Shown in pieces: positions 29,111 to 39,900 of a stretch of 64,000 nt of DNA. The stretch's first letter is position 1, and every line of letters begins with the position of its first letter. The DNA comes from an uncultured bacterium (GTDB lineage Bacteria > Omnitrophota > Omnitrophia > Omnitrophales > Aquincolibacteriaceae), in assembly GCA_964385615.1 (NCBI GenBank), contig CAYLPP010000014.1, positions 3,836 through 67,835 of the forward strand. The letters are read 5' to 3'. The notes beneath the pieces were generated by a model. That model saw only the letters and a program-made list of their open reading frames with translations. It made no database searches and was not told where the DNA came from. The position numbers and the translations under genes were made by a program.

Positions 29111-29183
29111 TGCCCCGGGCCGGAATTGAACCAGCAACCTTATCCTTAGGACGGATCTGCTCTATCCAATTGAGCTACCGGGG
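29111..29183 (-). tRNA. tRNA-Arg(CCU)
   Basis: A manual fold of the reverse complement gives acceptor GCCCCGG/CCGGGGC. The D-arm is GCUCAAUUGGAUAGAGC and the anticodon loop is GUCCUAA, giving anticodon CCU. The T-arm is GCUGG-UUCAAUU-CCGGC, the discriminator is A, and CCA is not encoded. Confidence 0.8.
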
Positions 29184-29255
29184 CGAAGAACGCTTTTTGC
29201 TCGATCCTTTACGAAGCACGCGGCCGATAAGAGGAGGACTGAGAAGTCCGACTAC

Positions 29256-29388
29256 TTATCGCACTTGTGCCGTTAGCACAAGTGCAATGAGGATCCACTA
29301 ACTTCAGGCACTCGCACTTGCACATAGGCGCAAGCGGATCAATCAGCTTCTTATGCCGTCAGCACAAGCGAAATGAGGATTAATACTG
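29256..29388. repeat. Two copies of a ~38-nt element, with a related hairpin between them. It lies between the apt 3' end and tRNA-Arg
   Basis: Copy A at 29256-29297 is cttatcGCACTTGTGCcgttaGCACAAGTGCaatgaggatccacta. Copy B at 29348-29388 is cttatGCcgtcaGCACAAGCGaaatgaggattaatact, and it overlaps the apt stop codon. The middle hairpin is cgcacttgcacataggcgcaagcg. Confidence 0.4.
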
Positions 29389-29910
29389 GATCAGGCTGGT
29401 AACGTCGTACTTGGAAAGCTTTTCACGGCCATTGAGGAAAAGAAGCTCTACAAGAAAAGCGATTTTCTGTACTTTTCCGCCCAGTCTTTCCACTAATTCC
29501 GCCGCGGCAAACGCGGTTCCGCCGGTGGCCAGCAGATCATCAATAATCGCGACTCTGGCACCTTTTTTAAGGGCATCTTTATGAATTTCAAGAATTGCTT
29601 CGCCGTATTCCAGCGCGTAACCAACCTGCTCTGTCTTATACGGAAGTTTACCTTTTTTACGCACCGGAACAAAACCGGCGCCGAGCTTATAAGCCACGAC
29701 CGGGCTGAAAATAAACCCGCGCGATTCAATACCAACGATCACATCCACCTTCTTTTTTTTAAGCTCCTTGCAAAGATAGTCCACGACAACCTTAAAAGCG
29801 GAAGGATTCTTTAGAATAGGCGTAATATCTTTAAACAGAATTCCTTCTTTAGGGAAATCGGGCACATTGCGGACAAGCTTTTTAACGGCGCTCATATCCA
29901 TGGGAGGCAT
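29380..29910 (-). CDS. apt: Adenine phosphoribosyltransferase
   Basis: 176 aa with the PRPP-binding motif VAIIDDLLATGGT. Confidence 0.9.
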   Translation of the reverse strand: MPPMDMSAVKKLVRNVPDFPKEGILFKDITPILKNPSAFKVVVDYLCKELKKKKVDVIVGIESRGFIFSPVVAYKLGAGFVPVRKKGKLPYKTEQVGYALEYGEAILEIHKDALKKGARVAIIDDLLATGGTAFAAAELVERLGGKVQKIAFLVELLFLNGREKLSKYDVTSLIQY

Positions 29911-29916
29911 CCTTCT

Positions 29917-31116
29917 TTATTCCTTAATGTAATTGCCGAGCGAATCGTTCTGCTCAGCGAGATGTTCGCGGATCTTCTTCAAAGCGGAGGCTTCGATCTG
30001 GCGGACGCGTTCGCGGGTAATGTCAAAATGCTGAGCAACTTCTTCCAGCGTATTGGCATCCTGTTCCCCCAGGCCAAAACGCAAAGTCAGAATCTTCCGT
30101 TCTCTCTCGTCCAGAAATTCCAGAAGTTTTTTAATCCGTTCATTCTTGAGAGTTTCGGCAATCTGCATATCAGGCGCGTGCGAGGAATCATCCTGGATCA
30201 GATCGATCAGTTCCGCGCTGCCGTCCAGGCTGACCGGCGCGTTCAGCGAGCTGGGCCGGCCGGCAATATTTTCAATTTCTTTCACTTTCTGCACGGAAAC
30301 CTGCATGATCTTCGCGATTTCCTTACGGGTCGGCACACGGTTGAGTTTTTGCAGAAGTCCGTCACGGACCCGGCGCCATTTAGCGATAATATCGTACATA
30401 TAAACCGGAATGCGGATGGTCTTGCCCTGGTTGGACAACGCGCGCATGATAGCCTGCTTGATCCACCACGAAGCGTAAGTCGAAAACCGGTAGCCTCGTT
30501 CCGGATTGAATTTTTCCACAGCGCGCATCAGGCCGATATTGCCTTCCTCAACAAGATCTGAGAAGGAAAGCCCCATATTGCTGTAGCGCTTGGCGATCGA
30601 AATAACCAGGCGGAGATTGGAGCGGATCATCTGGTGCCGGGCAGCCGCGGATTGCTTTCCCTGCGCCTGAATCTTGGTTGCCAGATCAATTTCCTGCTCT
30701 GGAGTCAGAAGAGGAATATGCTCGATCTGCTTCAGGTAAATCTTCATCGGCGTGCGGTCGAGCGTATGCTCCTCTTCCGCTTCACGGCGCTGCGCCGGAT
30801 TCGTTTCGTGATCGTCTTCCTCGTCGTCGTCCCGCCGGCGCTTCCGGCGCTCATTGCCTGATTCTAAAGAAGCTTCGTTAACCAGAATATCGTGAGATTC
30901 CCGGCGAAGCTTTTCTTCAGTTTTAGGTTTTTTCTCTTCAGCTTTGCCTTTTGAGGAAGGCTTTTCAGAGGAAACGCGGGAAAGTTTCTTGGAAGAAGCC
31001 GGGGCCTTTCGGGAAACCGGCTTAACGGAAGTCTTGGACTTCTTGGGCAATACTTTTTTTGTTTTAATTTTTTTCTTGGCCATAGTCCATTGGGCCTCCG
31101 GACGCGGGTTAACCAC
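29917..31116 (-). CDS. rpoD: Sigma-70 family RNA polymerase sigma factor (RpoD-like, group 1/2) with Lys-rich N-terminal tail
   Basis: 399 aa. Region 2 contains RFSTYASWWIKQAIMRAL. Regions 3 and 4 are present (…TLEEVAQHFDITRERVRQIEA…). The first ~120 aa are KKxK-rich and then acidic. Confidence 0.8.
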   Translation of the reverse strand: MVNPRPEAQWTMAKKKIKTKKVLPKKSKTSVKPVSRKAPASSKKLSRVSSEKPSSKGKAEEKKPKTEEKLRRESHDILVNEASLESGNERRKRRRDDDEEDDHETNPAQRREAEEEHTLDRTPMKIYLKQIEHIPLLTPEQEIDLATKIQAQGKQSAAARHQMIRSNLRLVISIAKRYSNMGLSFSDLVEEGNIGLMRAVEKFNPERGYRFSTYASWWIKQAIMRALSNQGKTIRIPVYMYDIIAKWRRVRDGLLQKLNRVPTRKEIAKIMQVSVQKVKEIENIAGRPSSLNAPVSLDGSAELIDLIQDDSSHAPDMQIAETLKNERIKKLLEFLDERERKILTLRFGLGEQDANTLEEVAQHFDITRERVRQIEASALKKIREHLAEQNDSLGNYIKE

Positions 31117-31157
31117 GCGCGCCCGGAGGGCTCAAAGGTTCTGCCTTGTAAGGGCTG

Positions 31158-33884
31158 TTATTTCTTCTTTTTCTGACGCAACACCGCCTGCGCAGCTGCC
31201 AGACGGGCGATCGGAACACGGTACGGGGAGCAGCTGACATAGTTCATACCGACGCTATGGCAGAACTCCACGGAAGCAGGGTCACCGCCATGCTCACCGC
31301 AGATACCAACCTTCAGGTCCGCCCTACTTTTACGGCCTTTTTCGACGCCAAGTTGAATTAATTTTCCAACGCCTTCCTGGTCCAGGCTCTGGAACGGGTC
31401 TTTTTCGAAGATCCCGCGTTCCACGTAGGCGCCGAGGAAAGAACCGGCATCGTCACGTGAAAAACCCAAAGTCATCTGAGTCAAATCGTTGGTACCGAAG
31501 GAGAAGAACTCCGCGGTTTCAGCGATCTGATCAGCGATCAGAGCCGCGCGCGGGATTTCGATCATCGTCCCGATCATGTAAGGAAGTTTGGTTCCTTTTT
31601 CCTTAAAGACCTGTTCAATAGTCGCGATCATTTCCTCTTTCAGAATATCAAGTTCCTTCTTCATGCCCACAAGCGGAATCATGATTTCAGGGAAAACTTT
31701 AACTCCCTGCTTCTTCACGTTAATCGCCGCTTCGATAATCGCGCGCGTCTGCATCTGATAAATCTCAGGATACGTGATCGCGAGACGGCAGCCGCGGTGG
31801 CCAAGCATCGGGTTGAACTCATGCAGACTGTTGACTTTAGCCTTAACGGTTTCAAGAGAAACCTTCAGAACTTCAGCCATTTCCTTCTGGTTCGCGTCTT
31901 CATGAGGAAGGAATTCATGCAAGGGCGGATCCAAAAGGCGGACCGTAACCGGCAAGCCGTTCATAGCCTTGAAGATACCTTCAAAATCACCGCGCTGAAT
32001 CGGAAGCAATTTGCCCAGCGCCTTTTCACGGCCGGCTTTGTCGTCGGAAAGAATCATTTCACGGACGGCAATGATGCGGTCGCCTTCGAAGAACATATGT
32101 TCCGTACGGCAGAGCCCGATTCCTTCAGCGCCGAACTTCACGGCAACCTTGGAATCATTAGGAGTATCGGCGTTCGTGCGGACTTTCATGGTGCGGATCT
32201 TGTCAGCCCAAACCATAAGTTTTCCAAAATCACCGGAAAGCTCAGCTTCGAGCGTCTTCATCTTCCCGGCATAAACCTGTCCCAGGCTGCCGTCGAGAGA
32301 AATCCAATCACCTTCTTTGAAAGTCTTGGAGCCGATCTTCATGCTCTTGGACTTGTAATCAATCTTGATCTCACCGGCACCGGCAACACAGCACTTGCCC
32401 ATACCGCGCGCGACAACCGCGGCGTGAGACGTCATACCGCCGCGGGCAGTCAAAATGCCCTTGGCCACGTTCATACCGCCGATATCTTCAGGAGAAGTTT
32501 CAATACGGGTCAGAATCACAGACTCGCCTTTTCCAGCCCACGCTTCAGCTTCTTCCGCGCTGAAAACGATACGGCCCGTGGCCGCGCCGGGAGACGCCGG
32601 AAGACCCGCCGTCACAATTTCTTTCTTTTCTTTCGGATCAAAAGTCGGGTGCAGAAGCTGATCAAGCGATTTCGGCTCAACGCGCATGATGGCCTGTTCC
32701 TGAGTCAAAAGGCCTTCCTTCACCAACTCAACCGCGATGCGGACCGCGGCCGGAGCCGTGCGCTTGCCGTTACGAGTCTGAAGGATGTAGAGCTTGCCTT
32801 CCTGAATCGTAAACTCGATGTCCTGCATATCCTTGTAATGTTTTTCAAGCTTGGAGCGGAGATTCACAAGCTGTTTGTAAATATCGGGCCACTGCTTGGC
32901 CAGATCTTCAAGCGGTTCCGGCGTGCGGATACCGGCGACCACGTCTTCACCCTGAGCATTGACGAGGAATTCACCGTAAAACTTATTTTCACCGGTGGAG
33001 GGGTTGCGGGTAAAGCAGACGCCCGTTCCTGAAGTATCGCCCATATTGCCGAAGACCATCGACTGAACGTTAACGGCGGTGCCGAGCAAACCGCGGATAT
33101 CATAAAGCTGACGGTACTTGATCGCGCGCGGGTTATTCCAGGAAGCGAAAACCGCGTTGATGGATTTTTCAAGCTGATCGTAGGCATTGTCCGGGAAATC
33201 TTCGCCGGTTTCTTTACGGTAAGCTTCTTTATACTGGCGGACTAAATCCTTAAGATCGCCGGCATTGAGCTCCGTATCAAGCTTCACGCCCAGCTTTTCT
33301 TTTTTGTGTTCCATGATATGTTCGAAATGTTCATGCTTGAGCCCCATGACCACGTTCGAAAACATGGTGATGAAACGGCGGTAAGCATCCCACGCGAAGC
33401 GTTCGTTTTCGGTCTTGATGATCAAACCTTGAACGACTTCGGAGTTAAGACCGAGGTTCAGAACGGTGTCCATCATGCCCGGCATGGAAGCCGCGGCGCC
33501 AGAGCGCACGGAAACAAGAAGCGGATTGTTGCGGTCACCGAACTTCGCGCCCATGGTTTCTTCAAGGCGCTTGATGTTTTCCTTCACCTGCTGTTCAAGA
33601 CCGGCAGGCCATTTCTTGCCGGCTTTATTGTAAAGATCGCAGGTTTCAGTCGTGATGGTAAAACCGGCGGGAACAGGAATGCCGAGGTTGGTCATTTCGG
33701 CCAGGTTCGCGCCTTTACCGCCGAGCAGGTTTTTCATGCTGGCGTCACCTTCGGCCTTGCCTTTGCCGAAAAAGTAAACGTATTTGGCTTTTTTGCCGGT
33801 AGAAGCAGCTTTATTTTTGGACATAGTCTTCATGGTTCTCCTTTTTAACTCCTTTATATTGTAAGGGCGGGGCCTTCGGGGCAC
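31158..33884 (-). CDS. ppdK: Pyruvate, phosphate dikinase
   Basis: 908 aa with an ATP-grasp N-terminus, the phospho-His domain (GGMTSHAAVVARG) and a PEP-utilising C-terminal TIM barrel. Confidence 0.95.
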   Translation of the reverse strand: MPRRPRPYNIKELKRRTMKTMSKNKAASTGKKAKYVYFFGKGKAEGDASMKNLLGGKGANLAEMTNLGIPVPAGFTITTETCDLYNKAGKKWPAGLEQQVKENIKRLEETMGAKFGDRNNPLLVSVRSGAAASMPGMMDTVLNLGLNSEVVQGLIIKTENERFAWDAYRRFITMFSNVVMGLKHEHFEHIMEHKKEKLGVKLDTELNAGDLKDLVRQYKEAYRKETGEDFPDNAYDQLEKSINAVFASWNNPRAIKYRQLYDIRGLLGTAVNVQSMVFGNMGDTSGTGVCFTRNPSTGENKFYGEFLVNAQGEDVVAGIRTPEPLEDLAKQWPDIYKQLVNLRSKLEKHYKDMQDIEFTIQEGKLYILQTRNGKRTAPAAVRIAVELVKEGLLTQEQAIMRVEPKSLDQLLHPTFDPKEKKEIVTAGLPASPGAATGRIVFSAEEAEAWAGKGESVILTRIETSPEDIGGMNVAKGILTARGGMTSHAAVVARGMGKCCVAGAGEIKIDYKSKSMKIGSKTFKEGDWISLDGSLGQVYAGKMKTLEAELSGDFGKLMVWADKIRTMKVRTNADTPNDSKVAVKFGAEGIGLCRTEHMFFEGDRIIAVREMILSDDKAGREKALGKLLPIQRGDFEGIFKAMNGLPVTVRLLDPPLHEFLPHEDANQKEMAEVLKVSLETVKAKVNSLHEFNPMLGHRGCRLAITYPEIYQMQTRAIIEAAINVKKQGVKVFPEIMIPLVGMKKELDILKEEMIATIEQVFKEKGTKLPYMIGTMIEIPRAALIADQIAETAEFFSFGTNDLTQMTLGFSRDDAGSFLGAYVERGIFEKDPFQSLDQEGVGKLIQLGVEKGRKSRADLKVGICGEHGGDPASVEFCHSVGMNYVSCSPYRVPIARLAAAQAVLRQKKKK

Positions 33885-33914
33885 AGCCTTCTTATAATTG
33901 CGGAAAGGTGGGTA

Positions 33915-36014
33915 TTATATCGAATCCAGGCCGGATAGCAACGAAAGATCAGCAATACGCTCCGTATAGAGCTGATTGATCTTTTTCATTAAAATCTGGC
34001 GGTTAGAGCGGATTGACGCATCTTCAACATTGACCATCACTTGCTTAAAAAAGTCGTTCACCGGCTGATAAAACACCTCGCCAAAGCGGGCCGTCGCCTT
34101 ATCACAATCCTTGATACTTTCAATCTCCCAGGCCTTATCGGCCAGCACCTGGTACAGGACTTTTTCGGAAGGTTCACTCAAAGCTTCGGGCCTGACTTCC
34201 CCTTCCACTTTGATTCCTTTAATAATGTTGCCCGTGCGCTCTATCACTTTTGCCGCTTTAAGAAACGTTTTGGGATCTTTGTGATAAAGAGCCGTCAGTT
34301 TTTCATAGCGTTCAAAAACCTGCGCGAGGTTATCAGAATCGGAGCGAAGAACCGCGAGCAAAATTTCGTGTTCTTTCGTGCCCGGCTTGACTTGCAATTC
34401 AAAAATCACGCGGTCTTCAAAAAACTTTCTAAGTTTATCCTGCCATCCAGATTCCGTCAGCACATTGCCGTAAAGGCGTCCGGCCGTTTCAATCATATTC
34501 TTCGTGGAGAAATGAATCGAAAACGCGCGGATAAGCTTGATCAGCGACCCGCCGGCACGGCGAAGCGCGTAAGGATCCTGACTGCCGGAAGGCTGCATTC
34601 CAAGGCCAAAAGCTCCCGCAAGATGATCAAGGCGGTCAACAATGCCGAACATGGCGCCCAAAAAATTCATTTGCTTGGAAAGTTCACGGTAATCTTCACT
34701 CAGATTTTTCGGAAGGTATTGAGTGCCGATCGCTTCAGCCACCTCATGCTTTTCACCGGAAATCTTCGCGTACTCCCGGCCCGCGATGCCCTGAATATCG
34801 GGAAACTCATAAACCAAATGCGTCATCAGGTCAATTTTAGAAAGCTTCGCAACCCTTGCCAAATCAGCTTGAAGACCGGCATGGCCCGCGAAATCAGCGA
34901 ACTCCGCGGAAAGTTTTTCGATCCGCTCCGCCTTCTGTTTCATATTGCCTAGCTTGCCGAGGTAAGTCACCTGCTCGAGCAAATGGAGTTTGCTTTCGAG
35001 CTTATCCTGAGTGTCCTGTTTATAAAAATAACGCGCGTCTTTCAGGCGGGACTCAAGCACGTTCTCGTAATCTTCGCGGATACGCGGGAGAGAAGGTTTG
35101 GGGCGCGCGCCGTTCATGACCGCGGCGAACTTTCCATTCAGCTTCCCGGAACCGTCATAACAGGCGAAAATTTTCTGATTTTTTTTCATGCAGGAAGCCA
35201 GAACTTCTTTCGGAAGCTCAAGATATTCTTTCTTGAATCCGCCTTCCAGAAGAAACGGTTCTTCCGCCAGCTGGGCCGTAGTCTGAAGAAGTTCTTCATC
35301 ATAATATTTTTGAGCGAAATTTCTGCGCAGAGCGCTCGCGATCAAACTTTTGCGTTCGGTCTGCTCAAGCACGACATTGGCATCCGCGAGCGCCTCTTTA
35401 TAAGTTTCCCAATCCGCGGAAGTCACTTTAAAAGCTTTGGGCGACAGGAACCGGTGACCGTAACTGATATTGCCCGCTTTCAAACCGCAGAATGTGAATG
35501 GCAGAACTTTTTTATCCAGCAGGGCCACCAGCCAGCGGATAGGCCGGGGAAACCGAAACCCGGACTTTTCCCAGCGCATATTTTTGGGAAAAGAAAGGGA
35601 GTTGAAAAGTTCCGTCAGAATCGCGGGGATAACCGCTAAAGAAGTCTTTCCTTTAATCAGCCGGCGAATCACCACGAATTGACCGCGCGGAGTATCTTTA
35701 ACTTCAAGATCGGAGGCCGACGCTTCTTTGCTTTTCAAAAATCCCTGAAGCGCGGGGGTGGGCGTACCGTCCGGCTGATAAGCCTTCTCCACCGACGGCC
35801 CTGAAATCTCAAGATTTTCATCTTCCTGCCTGACGGCCAGGCCTTCTATATAGAGAGCAATCCGGCGGGGCGTAGCTTCAACCTTGATATCGCTGAAAGC
35901 CAGCCGGTTTTTCTGAAAAACTTCGCGCGCCTTCCCCGCAAGGACGCCATAAACGACGTTGAGCGCGTCTGTCGGAAGTTCTTCAGTGCCGAGTTCAACC
36001 AGGAGATTATGCAT
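33915..36014 (-). CDS. glyS: Glycine--tRNA ligase beta subunit
   Basis: 699 aa. It overlaps glyQ by 8 nt. The GlyS layout includes a DALR-like anticodon-binding C-terminus. Confidence 0.9.
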   Translation of the reverse strand: MHNLLVELGTEELPTDALNVVYGVLAGKAREVFQKNRLAFSDIKVEATPRRIALYIEGLAVRQEDENLEISGPSVEKAYQPDGTPTPALQGFLKSKEASASDLEVKDTPRGQFVVIRRLIKGKTSLAVIPAILTELFNSLSFPKNMRWEKSGFRFPRPIRWLVALLDKKVLPFTFCGLKAGNISYGHRFLSPKAFKVTSADWETYKEALADANVVLEQTERKSLIASALRRNFAQKYYDEELLQTTAQLAEEPFLLEGGFKKEYLELPKEVLASCMKKNQKIFACYDGSGKLNGKFAAVMNGARPKPSLPRIREDYENVLESRLKDARYFYKQDTQDKLESKLHLLEQVTYLGKLGNMKQKAERIEKLSAEFADFAGHAGLQADLARVAKLSKIDLMTHLVYEFPDIQGIAGREYAKISGEKHEVAEAIGTQYLPKNLSEDYRELSKQMNFLGAMFGIVDRLDHLAGAFGLGMQPSGSQDPYALRRAGGSLIKLIRAFSIHFSTKNMIETAGRLYGNVLTESGWQDKLRKFFEDRVIFELQVKPGTKEHEILLAVLRSDSDNLAQVFERYEKLTALYHKDPKTFLKAAKVIERTGNIIKGIKVEGEVRPEALSEPSEKVLYQVLADKAWEIESIKDCDKATARFGEVFYQPVNDFFKQVMVNVEDASIRSNRQILMKKINQLYTERIADLSLLSGLDSI

Positions 36015-36909
36015 GCTGTTTCTTCTTCTTAATTAAAGGAAAGCCGAGTGCCTCACGGCTCTTAAGGTAACCTTCCGCGCATCCGCGCGCCAATGCGCGG
36101 ACTCTTCCAATATAACGGGGGCGCTCATTCACACTGACCGCGCCGCGGGCATCGAGCATATTAAAATAATGAGAAGTCTTGAGGCAAGCGTCATAAGCCG
36201 GAAGCACCAAACCTTCTTCAAGAAGGCGCTTGGCCTGAGCTTCATAATCTTCGAAATGCCGTTTAAGCATCTCAGGATTCGAAGCTTCGAAATTGAATTT
36301 TGAAAATTCTTTCTCCCCCTGCAGATGAACGTCGCCGTAAGTCACGCCCGGCGTCCACTCCACGTCAAACATGGAATGCTTCTTCTGAAGGAACATAGCG
36401 ATACGTTCCAACCCATAAGTAATTTCACAGGAAACCATTTCAAGATCGATGGACCCGCATTGTTGGAAGTAAGTGAACTGCGTCACTTCCTGACTGTCGA
36501 GCCAGACTTCCCAACCCAGGCCCCATGCGCCTAATGTAGGAGATTCCCAGTCATCTTCCACAAACCGGATATCGTGCGCGAGCGGGTCGATCCCGACCGC
36601 GCGCAGGCTGTCGAGATAAAGCTCCTGAGAATTTTCGGGCGCGGGCTTCATAATAACCTGGTATTGATAGTAGTGCTGAGTGCGGTGAGGATTTTCCCCG
36701 TAACGCCCGTCGGTTGGACGGCGCGAGGGCTCTACATAGGCCGCGTTCCAGGGCTCCGGGCCCAGGGCGCGAAGAAACGTGTGGGGTGAAAACGTGCCGG
36801 CGCCGACTTCGAGATCGTAAGGCTGCATAATCAGACAGCCCTTGGAGCTCCAGTAGTTATTGAGCTTCTGGATCAGTTCTTGAAAGGTGAGCGGTTTGGT
36901 CACTGGCAT
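36007..36909 (-). CDS. glyQ: Glycine--tRNA ligase alpha subunit
   Basis: 300 aa. The sequence is highly conserved GlyQ ([13 protein letters not shown]…[17 protein letters not shown]-like). Confidence 0.95.
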   Translation of the reverse strand: MPVTKPLTFQELIQKLNNYWSSKGCLIMQPYDLEVGAGTFSPHTFLRALGPEPWNAAYVEPSRRPTDGRYGENPHRTQHYYQYQVIMKPAPENSQELYLDSLRAVGIDPLAHDIRFVEDDWESPTLGAWGLGWEVWLDSQEVTQFTYFQQCGSIDLEMVSCEITYGLERIAMFLQKKHSMFDVEWTPGVTYGDVHLQGEKEFSKFNFEASNPEMLKRHFEDYEAQAKRLLEEGLVLPAYDACLKTSHYFNMLDARGAVSVNERPRYIGRVRALARGCAEGYLKSREALGFPLIKKKKQHA

Positions 36910-36951
36910 AAGGACGGCATTCTAGCAAAAAGCCTTAGGTCCTTCAATTGA

Positions 36952-39900
36952 TTAGGCTGAAGCCCCTGTGAGTTCCTGGGCGCGGAGGTAACGGCCCAGC
37001 GTTTCAGAAAGCAGGCTTTGTGCCGTAGGCGTCACAAGCCCGGCGCGGGAAATGTACTCAATACCGACTTTACCCAAAAATTCCGCCATGCGCTGAGTGT
37101 ATTCCTTAACGTGAACCACATCCCCCAGATCACGCTTGAGCTGGACCGCGGCCAAAAGCTGAAGCTGGGTCAGTTGATTCATATATTTAAAGGAAGAGGC
37201 CGGATCCATTTTTTCCAGAACCGCCGGATCGATCAAAAAAGAAGGCAGATGATAAAGGTCTTTGATATTTTCCGGCGCGGATGTCACGGAAACGGAAATA
37301 GCGTCTTTGGAACGGCGTCCGGCAGCCAGAACTTCATCCTGCTGAATAATTTCAAAAACTTTGGAGGCCGGACGGCCCTTGACCCATCGCGCGAGTTCTT
37401 CGGCTCCGCGCCCCGCGAAGTAAACCGCCTTCCCCGCCGGGCTTCCACTCTGCTGGAAACCCTCTTCAAGAAGGTCGAGGTACTGGCTGCGCGCGTCTTC
37501 GGGAATATTCAAAAGCAGTTTCGCCGGAAGCACCGCCGAAGCACCGGCCTTGAAAAGCTTCGAATATCCGGAGGCAAGCTCCGAACGGTCTTCCCCTTGA
37601 ATGAAAATCTCCGTTTTACTTTCCGGGAACATGACACCGTACAACTCGCGCATCACGTCAAGCCCCAGAATTTTCGCGGTCGTCTTTGCGGCAACTTCCA
37701 AAGCCGCGGCTCTCGACTCAGACCGGGCGGACGGCACTTCACCGGAAGATTGCTCGCCCATAATCACCGGTAAAATATCTCCGGCAAAACGCTCAAATTC
37801 CGCCGGTTCAGTCCACTTATGCACCTGCCGGATCTCGCGAATCGGCAGCTCAAGCCGCTGCGGATCAAAACTCTTTATGGTTTGCTTCACGTAAGCATAA
37901 AAATGGTTTCTAACCCAGAAATTCTCATCGCTGTGTTGTTCAATAACCGTCCGCACCGGCCCTAACTGAAAAACCGGGTCTACCGGGAATCTCGCGTCTT
38001 CCCCTCCATAAGCGCGGGCACGCAATCCCTCCACCCTGCCGGCAGGCCCCGCGTATAAATACCCGGGAATCCACAGGACAATCACTTCGTCATCCGCGCT
38101 GAATTTCAACCGTCCGCCGGAAACTTTCGTGAACGCATAAGCAAGAGAACTCTTGCCGGACCTTGATACTCCCGAAAGAATGACCGCGTCTCCCTTCTGA
38201 TTGAATAGAATGTCCGAATGGACAATTTCCATCTTTAGCTGCGCCACGATCTCCGGATATTCTTTACGAATCTTATCCATCCAGCCGGTGACAGCTTCTT
38301 TTAACGCGCCGTTCTCGATACTTCCGGGATTTCCGTCATATAAACCGTTCAGGATTGAATGCACGTATCCCCGATACTGTGTAAATTCAGGACGGCTGAG
38401 AATCTCATAAATCTCTCCGGCTTCCCTAAAAAAAGCATCCGCCCTGCCGGCGGAAATCACGTCAGCCTTCGCGCGCAATTCAGCGCGCGCAGGCGGGTAT
38501 ATTTTCTCAAAAGCGGAAAGCATTTCACCGGCATCTTTATAAAGCCGGTCATCCGGGTTTTCCTTCAGCGCGCCCGCGATAATTTCTGAAAGTTTCTTCA
38601 ATTTATCTTTCGAAATAGCCGCTTCGATCTGCACCTGGTTAGGAAAACTTTCATAAAAGCGGGGAATATCCGCAACGCGGACATCCTCAATCAGCTGATG
38701 CCCTGTCGCTAACTGATAAAGAACAAGCCCCAGGACAAAAACATCCGCGCGGGGATTCACAACCCACACCCCTCGGGTCATTTCAGGCGCTAAATAATCC
38801 AACGTCCCGCGAATAACCTCGTCCGCGGCCATCCCAGGATATAAACTTAGTATCCGGCCTTGTACCTGCGAGAGATTAAAATCAATCAGCTTAAGAGAGC
38901 CGTTTCCGGTAACCATAAAATTGGCCGGCTTCAGATCCCGGTGAACAATTCCCCGAAGATGCGCTTCATGAACCGCCTTCAGAATATTTCTCACGATTTC
39001 AATCAATTTTTCCTCAGTAACCGGATTCAAGTAAAGCCAGTCGAGAAGCGTTTTCCCATCTATGTATTCCATTCCTATAAAAGGAACGGGCACCGTGTCA
39101 TCCGCTTGCGAGGGATACACCTTGACCGCGAACGGATTCTCGCGCCCATTAAAAGGAGCCGCGTAGAGTTCCATCGCTTTACGTTCAAGTTCCGCCATTT
39201 CACGGTAATACCCGCCACTATTTGTATAAATTTTCAGCGCCGCGGTTTTACTTGGATCTGATTTTTCCGTAACCTTATGCACTGTGCCGATACCACCGTC
39301 ACCGCCGATCACACCCCCGGCCTCAAAATCCCGCCCGCCAAACCGGACGTCCGTCCTCAGCTCAGACCTTTTTTGCGTTTCGATTTCAGATAAATGAACG
39401 CGCGCGTATTTTTCAAAATCACCGGGATCCACCATGGACTCATTAACCATCGTGACAGTCCACGGCTCAAGAGCGGTTCCTTCATACCCCGGGAAAATAC
39501 CGGCCATGTACTGTTTCAAATGGCTTTCTCCGGGATTCCTAATAGGCATTTTAAAAGGACCTCCGGAAAGCCGAAACTCCGCTCTCACCAGCCCCACGCC
39601 TAAATAAGATTGATAAGGTATATTATTTTCAGAGTCGTAAGCCCTGGCCCTGAGATTCTCAAAAGAATAAGCGGATCCCGCCAGCAAATGGCCTGGAATG
39701 CGGATCAGATTAATATCATCCGCGGACGCGATTTTAACCCGCCCGTTGGAGACACGGCTGAAAGCGTATCCAAGCGACCCTTTCCCCGATTCACTTTCTC
39801 CGAATAAAAGAACGGCTTCGTTGTTTTCGTTAAAAAGAAGATCGCCGTACATCCGGAAGCTCCGCATGAACGGAACGATATCAGGAAATCTTCCGGAAAT

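Noticed and set aside
28925-29137. Upstream 71 codons of the track's 1912-aa coiled-coil ORF (MLVQFRPGAF…)
   Set aside because: The extension would run over tRNA-Arg (29111-29183). An internal ATG at 28924 begins a textbook signal peptide, so the extension is an artefact of choosing the longest ORF.
31117-31157. GC-rich hairpin (GCCTCCGG…CCGGAGGGC) between ppdK stop and the rpoD-like start
   Set aside because: It has no downstream U-tract on the transcribed strand, so it is not a convincing intrinsic terminator. It could be an attenuator or processing site, but that is unsupported.
31797-33032. 411-aa ORF on the plus strand inside ppdK. Similar long antisense ORFs lie at 19017-19985 (inside dxs), 15248-16018, 34041-34952, 59955-60698, 60870-61550 and 37018-37773
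   Set aside because: These are shadow ORFs on the opposite strand of well-supported, motif-bearing genes in a GC-rich region. Their translations are low-complexity and Arg/Gly/Phe-rich with no recognisable motifs.
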